Assembly (NCBI GenBank): GCA_044892505.1
Contig: CM097884.1
Coordinates: 36,642,001-36,706,000 of the forward strand
DNA: 64,000 nt
Direction: 5' to 3'
Source: Schmidtea nova
Lineage: Eukaryota
In this document: one piece after another, positions 41,745-52,100 of the stretch
How positions within the stretch are numbered: position 1 is the first letter of the stretch
How the letters are laid out: each line of letters starts with the position of its first letter
Notes under the pieces: generated by a model
The model's database searches: none
What the model saw: the letters and a program-made list of their open reading frames with translations, nothing else
What the model was told of the DNA's origin: nothing
Program-made: the position numbers and the translations under genes

Positions 41745-42341
41745 ATGACCACCGATTTGATACAGAGAGAATTGGAAAAGATGTGGCGGATTCGGAGAGC
41801 CCAGGACAAGGAATTGGGTCTCCTCAAGGCACAATTGATCAAAGCAGAGGCACAGATAGCATACCTGCGCAAAAGCTGGTTTGCTCCGGCCAGAATGAAA
41901 GAGCAAATCAGTAAAACCGAGCGCGCCCAACAGACTGCGGCCGATTTCCAAATGGAATGGGAGGCTACGAAGATAGAACTCCGAAAATGTCTCCATTCCG
42001 TAACTGCCTCATATATTGAGAAGGAGCTCAGAGAGCAAATCCGTCCGGTTACGTATCAAGCTTGGACATCAGAAAAGAAGACGGTAAATTCCATTGGCAC
42101 GGATGTCGCCGATCTAATCGAAAGTCGGAATGAGACAGCTCCTGCAGCAAATTCAACCACCTCATCAGCAAATGCGCACCAGAAACGCAAGCGCATTGGG
42201 CAGAAACGGCGGAGACAGAGAAAATTATTTGCCCAGCGATTACAAAGCCAAGTAGATGGTCTACATCAGATGACCGAGGAGGCATTATTGACGGAGATTT
42301 TTCCTCCGGCGGGAGTTTTTACCGAACTAATTAAAAATTGA
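41745..42341 (+). CDS. 198-aa coiled-coil protein with a basic NLS-like patch, inside the LTR
   Basis: Heptad-like N-terminal half; KRKRIGQKRRRQRK; TAG acceptor-like site 1 nt before the ATG. Confidence 0.6.
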   Translation: MTTDLIQRELEKMWRIRRAQDKELGLLKAQLIKAEAQIAYLRKSWFAPARMKEQISKTERAQQTAADFQMEWEATKIELRKCLHSVTASYIEKELREQIRPVTYQAWTSEKKTVNSIGTDVADLIESRNETAPAANSTTSSANAHQKRKRIGQKRRRQRKLFAQRLQSQVDGLHQMTEEALLTEIFPPAGVFTELIKN

Positions 42342-42815
42342 ATAAATTGTTGTATTGGCTTAAGAATTTTATCGTTCATTTAAATTGATTTAATTAACTT
42401 TACCAATGATTAGATAAAGATAGAACAAAAGTATAAATTCATTTTACAAAATACCTAATAGAGATAAATAAATAATTAAGCGAACATTTGTTAAAATACT
42501 TCTTGCAGAATGAGAGAGGTTAAAGATAAATTTACTGAAAGATATTGCGGAACACCTAAATAGATGATTAAAGCATAAGTCCTTCTAACGGCAGCGATGA
42601 ACCCGTAAACATAAATGGGGAGTAGTACTAGCGATAGTGCTCACCTGCCCATCATTGTTTAACCACCCTGCGCATCACCAACTTGGTTATACAGGGAAAT
42701 AATCAAGGGCGCTTGAGTGTAGAAGTGCAATTTTGTGCATGATCATGGATGAGGGAATCCCTAGTCATTGTTAGAGCATTTTTCATCTAACCCCTCCATG
42801 AACCCAGCATAAATT

Positions 42816-42833
42816 TGGGGGCTCAGCCGGGAT
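42816..42833 (+). promoter_or_regulatory. Primer-binding site, tRNA-Pro-like
   Basis: TGGGGGCTCAGCCGGGAT matches the canonical tRNA-Pro PBS TGGGGGCTCGTCCGGGAT at 16/18. Confidence 0.85.
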
Positions 42834-43136
42834 CAACTTCGTTTTATCGGAAAAATGTAAACGTAAAATCTGCAGAGAGGTTTAAAATGCTCGGGTCAAT
42901 TAATTTAATAAAAAACAGAAAGGTTATAATTAAATGTAAATTATTGTATAAAAATTAAATAAACAACACGGCAGTGAACAAAAGTGAATTTAAAAATTAA
43001 AATGCATGCATAATTTGTCGGGACGACAATTTTCAGAAACACGGGGGGAGTTAAATATTAAAAGATACAGAACGAAACATATTACTACCTTAAAACGATA
43101 AAAATAACAGAGTTAAAACGATTATTTATTTAGTAA

Positions 43137-43598
43137 ATGGAGGAAAAACTGAAAGAAATTGAAGAATTTCTCAACACAGAAAGCGAAACATTAGAAACGA
43201 TTGGCAAGAAAATAAACCGATTTAGAGAAATTGAATTTCAGGAACCCACAACACAGACTGAGGAAACAGATGAATTAATAAAGATAACAGAAAGAACAAG
43301 AAAAATCGACATAGAGACCCGCTACAAATGGTACAGAGCACGATTAGAAAATGCAGAATTAAACCTTAAGTGCAGACAAATAGAACAACGATTAACCTCA
43401 ACATACAATCGATGGAGGGCGCAAGGGGTAGAAGCAGCGAAAAAATACCGACAGTGCTATATATGTGAGGATAGGGAGATACAAATTATGTTTTTACCTT
43501 GCGGACATTTTCGTTTTTGTAAAATATGTGCCAGCAAGCGCGACCTATGTCCTATGTGCAACCTGATGATTGACGATAAAATTATTGTGTATTTATAA
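43137..43598 (+). CDS. 153-aa coiled-coil plus C-terminal IAP/MDM2-type RING-HC protein (no BIR)
   Basis: CYICEDREIQIMFLPCGHFRFCKICASKRDLCPMCNLMIDDKIIVYL* fits the C3HC4_3 pattern. Confidence 0.88.
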   Translation: MEEKLKEIEEFLNTESETLETIGKKINRFREIEFQEPTTQTEETDELIKITERTRKIDIETRYKWYRARLENAELNLKCRQIEQRLTSTYNRWRAQGVEAAKKYRQCYICEDREIQIMFLPCGHFRFCKICASKRDLCPMCNLMIDDKIIVYL

Positions 43599-44073
43599 TA
43601 AATGAAATTTGAATGGAATTTTATTGATTTATTAATAAGGAAATCATGGGTACAATTGTTATATATAAATAATTTTTGAGCTACTGTAAAGTAGTCCGAT
43701 AAGAATCCATTGGGAGGTACCGATTGATCCACTTATCCAAGGTGTATAGAAAGGGGCCCATCGCAAATGTTGGAAAGTTTTTGTGATGTGATTGATCACC
43801 ACATCCTGCATTAATGGACCAACGCGATCTTTTTGTATATTTTGGTTGGGGAGAGAGATAGGGAAATCGTGATGGAGTAAAGCGCGCATAGAGAAAAATA
43901 AATAAAAAGTTGAAGCAGACTGATCAGGAATAGTTATGATAGAATAAAGAGATAAACGACAATTTTGAGAGAATAAAAGGTGCATAGTCAGCTCGCATAG
44001 AAGTAGTTATAACTCAGCTGAGAAATTTTAATCGCTAGCGAAGTAGGGAATTGTGATTAACCGGTTAAGTAAA

Positions 44074-44452
44074 GTTAGGAGATTTGTCCCTTGAAACAAA
44101 GGGTTAGGAGATTTGTCCCTTGAAACAAAGGGTTAAGAGATTTGTCCCTTGAAACAAAGGGTTAGGAGATTTGTCCCTTGAAACAAAGGGTTAAGAGATT
44201 TGTCCCTTGAAACAAAGGGTTAGGAGATTTGTCCCTTGAAACAAAGGGTTAGGAGATTTGTCCCTTGAAACAAAGGGTTAAGAGATTTGTCTCTTGAAAC
44301 AAAGGGTTAGGAGATTTGTCCCTTGAAACAAAGGGTTATGAGATTTGTCCCTTGAAACAAAGGGTTATGAGATTTGTCCCTTGAAACAAAGGGTTAGGAG
44401 ATTTGTCCCTTGAAACAAAGGGTTATTAGCGGTTTGTCCCTTGAAAAAAAGG
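44074..44452 (+). repeat. 29-bp tandem array, 12 near-perfect copies plus 1 degenerate
   Basis: Unit GTTAGGAGATTTGTCCCTTGAAACAAAGG at exact 29-nt spacing, no spacers. Confidence 0.95.
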
Positions 44453-44497
44453 GTTGAGGCCAATGAGCCATATTGAATGACCTAGCTAGGCGTTATG

Positions 44498-44657
44498 GAG
44501 AGATTAAATTGAGGCCAAGAGAGCCATTTGAGAGATTAAATTGAGGCCAAGAGAGCCATTTGAGAGATTAAATTGAGGCCAAGAGAGCCATTTGAGAGAT
44601 TAAATTGAGGCCAATAGAGCCATGTGAGATATAAAATTGAGGCCAGAAGAGCCATAG
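44498..44657 (+). repeat. 32-bp tandem array, 4 near-perfect copies plus 1 degenerate
   Basis: Unit GAGAGATTAAATTGAGGCCAAGAGAGCCATTT. Confidence 0.92.
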
Positions 44658-45268
44658 TGAACTATAGATATATCCGGATAAATAGTAATAGAGGGAATAT
44701 AGACCCATAGTGTAATCGTCGACGAGATTTAGAGTAGTGCGCACCAGTAGTTAAGAGAATGCGAGTAAAGCTGATTATGCAACCTTAAGTAAAGCATGCA
44801 AGGAGAATAGTAAAAATTTTTGGGCTGACCGGAACAACCGGCAGAATAAGTAAAAACGATTGCTAGCAGGGAATAATGAATAGAAATGATAAAATAATGA
44901 TAAACGAGTCAGAAAGACTCAGGGAATTAGAGCGCTCGAGCGACCAATAAATTGGGAAACTGTGGGAAAAGTAATTGATTGGATAAAGTATAGATAATTA
45001 TTACGACATAAATAGATAATTGTGACCAGTCTATAGATAATTTAAATAGACTAAAAATAAAGGGGAATCTGGGAATGGGAAATAATGAAAACCCAGTAAT
45101 AAGTAATCCCGAAAGAAAGGGAATAAAAGCGCGACGATAACAATAATGTATCGTTGAGGACCTTTGTATTTTAGATATACAAATCAATCAAATCAATCAA
45201 TCAAGCAAGAAGAATCAGAAAACGATAAGAGATAGAACAGAAAAATTGAGTATACAAAAGTAATCCCC

Positions 45269-48200
45269 TTGAGAAAAGGAGCAAAGAGTGTCGTAGTAAA
45301 GCCAACGGAAAAGAAAGTCGGTAGCAACAGTAATAAAAAAGACAAAACTAGTACTACAACAAAATCAACAAAAAAGCAGAAAGCCGGCAAAGATAACCCA
45401 CAAGGGAGTAAATCGAGGAAAATAATAAGAGATAAATCGATTACCGAAAACGATAAATTGTCAATAATAAGCAACAGCTCAAGTAACAAAGAAAACCAAG
45501 CCGAACCCAAGGAGAACCAAGCAAGTGAAATAGAGAGCGACGAAACTAACAACGATAATATCGAAGAAATAGAACACGAGATAGAACAAGAAGGAGAAAT
45601 CGACGAAACTAACAACGATAATATCGAAGAAGTAGAAAACGAGGTAGAACCAGAGATAGAAATCAACGCGAGTGATAACGAAAGTATAATATCAGATAAC
45701 GAAGGAATAAGAGAAACAGAAAGCGATTCAAGCTCGAGTAAAACGGAAGACGAACATAACAACGAACTAGAAACAAGAGGAAACGAAAGTAAAATAACTC
45801 AAGACAGCGGAATTGAAATGGGTGAACCAAGAGAAGAAATAAAGGATAAATTTTCAGGAGAACCGTTCAACGGAGATGCGAGTAAATTAGAAACCTTTTT
45901 AAAAGAATTTGGCATATTCGTGGAGGTATGCAAGTGGAAAGCTGAAACAACGGTAAGCAGAATTCAGTTATATTTGAAAGATAGCGCATTGGACCTATAT
46001 TTGGAAGCGAAAAATGGTACCAATCCACCTACAAGCTGGACAGCGATAAAGGATTTTTTCCAACAAACATTTGGAATAAATAAAGTGCTGAGCGAGGCAT
46101 TCATAGAATTCTCAATGAGGAAACAAAAGATGAATGAATCTAATGCGGTATACGCGAGCGAACTGAAAAAATTAGCAAAATCGGTATTCAAGGATGGAGG
46201 TCCAATAAACGAGGAGTTAATGGCAGCTATCTTCATAGGAGGACTAAGAAGACCCGACATAAGAGCGCAAGTAGGATGTCAAGGATGCAAAACCATAGAT
46301 CAAGCGTTAGAAACAGCTAACCGATTCGAATTGCATATGATAGGAAGCGAAGGCAGAATTTATCTAGCCATGGACACAGCGCAAACCGAACCGGAAGTAA
46401 ATCTCAACAATCACATTCCAAATTCGCAACAATTAAACCGACCACCCCCTCAACGAAGGAATGAAGGAAATAAAGTGCAGAACTTTGAAAGCCAAAACAA
46501 TTACAACCCTCAAAGACAAACAAAACAATGTAAAACATGCGGGAAGTTAGGACACTGGCAGCAAGAATGCTATCAAAATTTGAATTGCGGAAAATGTGGA
46601 GTTAAAGGACACTCGGAAAGCAGATGTTCTACAATAATCTGTTTTAATTGCGGACGACCTGGTCACTATTCAAGAAATTGCGGACATAAAAGTAATCAAC
46701 GAGGAAACTGGCAGAGTAATGGGAACCGACCAAATTACGGAAATCAAGCAAATACAGTAAACCGACCAGATTATGGGAACCAACAAGTCAATAATAACAA
46801 TAATCAGAACAAAACCACCCCCAAAGAAATACATTTAATGCAAGAAGTCCAAAGATTGACGGAACTTATAAACAATACGACGAGAGGAAATCCGCAAACC
46901 AATCAACAGCAAATTAGCATGATGAGAAAAATAGAAAGCGAAAACGAACGATTGAATCGAGAAAGTCAAGCACGACACGCTCAGGAATGGGCAAGAATAC
47001 AAAGAGAGGATGAACAAAAACAGCAAGAAAGAGAACGACAACCTCTAAGAATTAACATGCTAAGAGCAACAAACCAAACAGACACTCGCGAGAAAGAAAC
47101 CACACTGGAAATGAATTCGATAAACCCGAATCCAGCCGACAACGAAAGTCGAAAAGAAATAGTACAAAAAGATGAAGAAGTAGAAAAAGAAGCAGAAAAG
47201 GGAGTGGAAACCGAGATAAACCAGGAAGAGAGAAGAAAAATTTGGAAAAAAGGAATGATGGTAATCATGCCCAACGACCATATGTTTCGATTCCAATATA
47301 ACGCAAAAGAAAAGGTGGAAATACTGTTCAATAAAGTAAACCAGATGATTCCAGGAGTGACAAAACTGCCCAGAGAAGCGTTCTTACAAATAGGAGATGC
47401 ACCAACAGTAAAATTAAAATTAACAGATACATGGGAAAACGTGGGAGTAACAGAGACAAAAAGAAATGTGATGAGAATTAAAGAAATAGAACCAGAAGAA
47501 AGTCCACCACCAATACGTCACGAAACCCGAATCCGGCGAATATTTGAAGGAAAAATGATAAGAAGACGTTTAAAAGAGATAGACGAGTTGGGAAAGAAAA
47601 TGGGAAAAGTCGAAGTAATAGAGGACAAGAGTGAACCAACACCAGAAATTGACAAAAACGAACCAGAACCAACGGAGAATATACAAGGAGAAACGAACCA
47701 AACAGCACATATTAATATGTTAAGAAATACCACCAGAGAGTTTTCCGATGAAGAAGAAGATAGTGACATCAGTAGCCTAGCAGGAGACATATTAAATGAA
47801 TCCGAAGACGAAAATAAAGAGAGAGAAGTAATAAAGACCTCAGAACCTACACAGATAAAAGTAGATGAAATCCAGAAATTACTAGATAACTCGCTAGAAG
47901 TAATATATAACGAAGAGTTCATGGACAAGAAACAATATCGGAAATTCATGAAAGCATTACTACAAATGAACTACAAAGAATGGTTACAAGACCGGGAAGT
48001 AGACATGTTGAATCGATACGTAGGGAAATTAATAGAGGAACCACTCCTCAATTACACCATCTCAATAATAATAAATACATCTACACCAAGAATCTGGATC
48101 AAAACTCCATTTACAGACGATATCTACAGATGGGTAGAGGATAGACTAGGGAGCTCATACAAAAACAAATTCATCTATTCGCAGAATAGACTCGTAAAGA

Positions 48201-49000
48201 AAAGAACGCACTTAGTGGAAACAGGTATATGGCCAGGAGAAATAACTCTGTTATCAATATGCGATGAAAAGGAAGAAGAGAACCTACAAGAAGTTGCAAG
48301 GGAGGCAAACACGTGCTTCGAAAGGAGAATAAAACCTCGGTTAGAATACGAGAAAGAACGAGTCTTACGAAAGAATCTAAATTCCCTGATAGAACAAATC
48401 ATACCACAAGTCAAAAAACATAGAAAAGAGTTAATGAGAAGCGAATACGAGAAACTGAAACGATGTATTGAGTGCATACGTGACACAAGTCACACGAGAT
48501 GGTCACAAATCTCACACGACAAATTAATCGCAAAAATGGGAAAAACAATGTTCAGACAAGGGAAAATAACAGATCTAAAAATTTCAGTAGAATTACCTAA
48601 TGAGGACACCAAAGAAATTGAAGTGGTAGCGGATTGCACCATTAAAGAATTAATAAATGTCATCAACGAGACACTAGTGCAAAGAGAACCAGAAGACGAA
48701 TGGGAAGACGACATAATCATACAATACAACGAACATGTATTATGGGATCACGATGAGAGACGATTATATAAAATCGGTATATGGGATAATCACCAAACAA
48801 TCCACGTTAGCAGAATGGACGATACACCCAGAGAAACTGCTAAAGATGAGAAAAGAGAACGGGAACGACGGAAAGAAGTTGTGCATAAATTACAACAAAT
48901 AGTAGAAATTTATCGAAATTGGCGAATTTGGCCAGAATGGGAAAATGTATTAGAAGAACTCAATCTCAACCGACGAATACGAACACCCGTAGAAAAATAA
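45269..49000 (+). CDS. gag: Polyprotein part 1: acidic N-terminus, Gag (capsid ~45840-46350, three CCHC knuckles 46528-46682), ubiquitin-like domains
   Basis: FSGEPFNGDASKLETFLKEF capsid-like start; CKTCGKLGHWQQEC, CGKCGVKGHSESRC, CFNCGRPGHYSRNC. The track start is TTG; the first in-frame ATG is at ~45818. Confidence 0.9.
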   Translation: MRKGAKSVVVKPTEKKVGSNSNKKDKTSTTTKSTKKQKAGKDNPQGSKSRKIIRDKSITENDKLSIISNSSSNKENQAEPKENQASEIESDETNNDNIEEIEHEIEQEGEIDETNNDNIEEVENEVEPEIEINASDNESIISDNEGIRETESDSSSSKTEDEHNNELETRGNESKITQDSGIEMGEPREEIKDKFSGEPFNGDASKLETFLKEFGIFVEVCKWKAETTVSRIQLYLKDSALDLYLEAKNGTNPPTSWTAIKDFFQQTFGINKVLSEAFIEFSMRKQKMNESNAVYASELKKLAKSVFKDGGPINEELMAAIFIGGLRRPDIRAQVGCQGCKTIDQALETANRFELHMIGSEGRIYLAMDTAQTEPEVNLNNHIPNSQQLNRPPPQRRNEGNKVQNFESQNNYNPQRQTKQCKTCGKLGHWQQECYQNLNCGKCGVKGHSESRCSTIICFNCGRPGHYSRNCGHKSNQRGNWQSNGNRPNYGNQANTVNRPDYGNQQVNNNNNQNKTTPKEIHLMQEVQRLTELINNTTRGNPQTNQQQISMMRKIESENERLNRESQARHAQEWARIQREDEQKQQERERQPLRINMLRATNQTDTREKETTLEMNSINPNPADNESRKEIVQKDEEVEKEAEKGVETEINQEERRKIWKKGMMVIMPNDHMFRFQYNAKEKVEILFNKVNQMIPGVTKLPREAFLQIGDAPTVKLKLTDTWENVGVTETKRNVMRIKEIEPEESPPPIRHETRIRRIFEGKMIRRRLKEIDELGKKMGKVEVIEDKSEPTPEIDKNEPEPTENIQGETNQTAHINMLRNTTREFSDEEEDSDISSLAGDILNESEDENKEREVIKTSEPTQIKVDEIQKLLDNSLEVIYNEEFMDKKQYRKFMKALLQMNYKEWLQDREVDMLNRYVGKLIEEPLLNYTISIIINTSTPRIWIKTPFTDDIYRWVEDRLGSSYKNKFIYSQNRLVKKRTHLVETGIWPGEITLLSICDEKEEENLQEVAREANTCFERRIKPRLEYEKERVLRKNLNSLIEQIIPQVKKHRKELMRSEYEKLKRCIECIRDTSHTRWSQISHDKLIAKMGKTMFRQGKITDLKISVELPNEDTKEIEVVADCTIKELINVINETLVQREPEDEWEDDIIIQYNEHVLWDHDERRLYKIGIWDNHQTIHVSRMDDTPRETAKDEKRERERRKEVVHKLQQIVEIYRNWRIWPEWENVLEELNLNRRIRTPVEK

Positions 49001-49105
49001 TGGAACGAGAAAGGAAAATGTTGGGAACCAAAAGAAGGGGAATATGAAGAAGAATATAAAAGAGGAATTGAAGATGACTGCGAACCAGAGATAGGAAGGG
49101 TTTGC

Positions 49106-52100
49106 ATGGTGACAAGGAAAGCTACGCCAATAGACCTAGATGGACCAGAAACAGCGGCCATGTGGTTAGAAAGGGAAAAGCAAAAAACGGAAGAATTCGT
49201 CGAAATATTAAAAACTAATGCGCACGGTAAGAGAAAATTAATAAAGGGTCTCGCAGATTTTTTCGTGGTAAATGGGGAAGATATAACATGCTTGCGTAAA
49301 GTAGCAAAAGCAATCGCGGAATATAAAAGAGTTAACGAGTGGTGTCCGGAACAACTAGACCACGTAATTAGGAAATGGAGAAATCAAGAATTCTCGCAGG
49401 AAATTCCACAGAAAGTACATTTAAGAATAATATACCCAAACAAGGATAAGGAAGAGTTGTGGGTAGGAATAGCAGAAAAAATTCGAGATATTAAAAAGAA
49501 ATTGAGATACGAACCACCATTCCATTTACAACACCAAGGACGATCATTAGATAACAGTTTGGAAATCGGAATAACGCCAGCACAATTAGACCTCATGAAT
49601 ACCTTGACAGTAGAAGCAATAGCGGGTCAACCATTGAAACGTAAAGAAGAAAACCATAAACCACACGGAAGTATAAGTACGCCAAGCCCGATGAAATCAG
49701 TACTAACACCAGGGACAAGTTCAAGACGATCTGAGACAACACCCAGAGGAACCAGAGAAAGGACTCCACCACAACCATACGACGTGGACGAAATTTTAAC
49801 GGATAGCGACGATATGATAGAAGAGTTAACCGAATTAACAAGGGAAAAGGACGATAACATTTTCGAAAGAATACAAGAACTACCTACGACAATACAAATA
49901 ACCAACACCGGAGAAGCAGAAGTCGAAGAAGAAATAATAATAGAAGAAGTAAACGATTTGACAGAAGACGAAACGAGAGGAGCGAATGTCGAAAATGTAC
50001 AATTAACACAAGAAATGGAAAGATGGTTAGAAGAAAGAGCTAACGAACCAAGAGATGTCACCGAAGAAACCGGACGAGCAACAAGGTTTGTGGAAACAGG
50101 TACAGGAATTGATAAACGACCTAGAGGTAGACCTAAGACAGACCCAGCAACTGTAGTTGTAAGAAATAAAGACGAAAAGAGACAAGATCAATGGGAATTA
50201 TGTTTAAGGAAATTAAATAAAATTGCGGAGATGAAAGAAAAAGAGACAACACCAATATGTCAAGGGGAGGAATGGATATCGAAAACGATAATGGAGATAT
50301 TGGCAATAATTGATCCGGAATTAAGAAAATACTGGCGTATAACTGAGATAAGCGAAAAGGCGAAGTCGCTACACAGCGCAATCGCACCCATCTTACCGGA
50401 ATTCATAAAAGAAAAGACGAAGTCAAACCATTTAGACTGGCAAGGAACCACTACGTTAATAAAGAAACTGACAGAAGGAGCGGAAACAGATAACAAATAC
50501 GTAATAGCCATTGCATACACGATCTACAATCTGTTGACACTGAGTAGAGGTCTACCAAAACCCACTGCATTAGAGAGACATATAAAAAATACCGCAAAAA
50601 TTATAGCGAGAGAAATAGAACCATACGTCATTAACAAAGGAGGATGGGAAACATTTATAAAAACTAACCAGAAGAAAACGCAAGCGAAGAATATGAAAAA
50701 GAAATTCGAAAAAATATTGGAAGAGTTAGCAAAAGAACAAGCAGGAACGGGAAACGCGAAGTCATCAATGAATTTGAGTTCTATAATAATGATGATGTTG
50801 ATATGGATGATTAGCACCGATAGCGCAACAGCATTCGAAGTGTTTGATTGCGACCAAATGAAGTTAGGAGAAAAGTATTCATTGAGAGGTACGGAGCAAT
50901 GCAAAGATGCGACTCCAGTAGAGTTGCAAAAGATTAAAAAGGAACAATGGTACCACGTGTATCAAGAAGCAGAACTCATAAAGACAATGGTGAATGAATG
51001 TAAAGTGCAGAAGACGAGATTCGCATTCTACTGCGGGAGAGGACATTATTCAGCAATTGTCATGCCAGGAACGGAAAGAGAACCAATCGTGTTACAAGGA
51101 GAAGACTGCGAAGCACTGTTTAAACATGGAGAAGTAACAACAAGAGATAAAATCAAGATAAGAGGAAAGCCAGGAATGATGATGCAACAGACGTACTATG
51201 TAGCAGGACGGATTACGGGAGGAGAAGGATATTGTCAAGGAGAAACCTACCCGATATTCGGAGTACCCGCAACCAACTTAGTGGTGATGGATACGTATAT
51301 AGTCGAACTAAAAAGCTACGAAGCATTCTTCGAACCAACAACGGGAGAAATGAAAACGTTATCCATGTGTAAAATCGACAGGAGCATGTGTCAAACGGGA
51401 ATGTCAACATTAGTGTACAAACCAAAGGTAAACGAATGTCAGTTACAACTGCTACAAGGAGCAAAGTTCGACGAAATCCAAGGAAAAACGTTCCAGGAAG
51501 AAGACGAGGACGACAAAGATAGAGCAAAGCATCTCAAGGAAGCTTTAGAGAATAAAAGACAACTGAAACCGGATCATAGAGAAAAACGGATAGAGATGAG
51601 AGCCACACCAACAGTGTTGATAACCACAAATCAAGATGTGGGAATGAGATTCATAAAAGGGAAAGCAACCCTTAAGTGTAGTACAACGGTATACGAAACG
51701 AATTACCCAGGAATATATGTGTCAAAACAAGAAGTGCCAAATGCGAAACCCAAAATCGACACAATGGATATCAAACTACACTTGTATGTGAATAATAAAA
51801 TGGATTTCCTATTCCATAGAGGACAAGCCTCATTACAAAAAGTGTACTACGATTTGATAAACAATGATTGTATACTGAATCGAGAAATATTAAAGACAAA
51901 GTTGGCCGTAGCGATTACGAATCCAGATAGCGCGATGCCATTATTACCACTGAGAGAAGGACATTTCGGAAGAGTGGTCGGAGAAGCAATGTACGTATAC
52001 ATTTGCGAAAAAACACTCGCGCCGCTAGCAGCAACAACACAGTTGAAACCTGGAACCTGTACAAATGAGTTAGAAATCGATTACAAAGGAAAAGTACGAT

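Larger units (their letters stand above)
39641..42809 (+). mobile_element. Putative 5' LTR, ~3.17 kb
   Basis: Starts TGTTGGG at an abrupt compositional switch and ends CCCAGCA 6 nt before the PBS (terminal inverted repeat 6/7). The second LTR is not visible, so the left boundary is inferred. Confidence 0.65.

Noticed and set aside
44074-44657. 29- and 32-bp repeats as a CRISPR array
   Set aside because: Head-to-tail units with no unique spacers, no cas genes, eukaryotic context.
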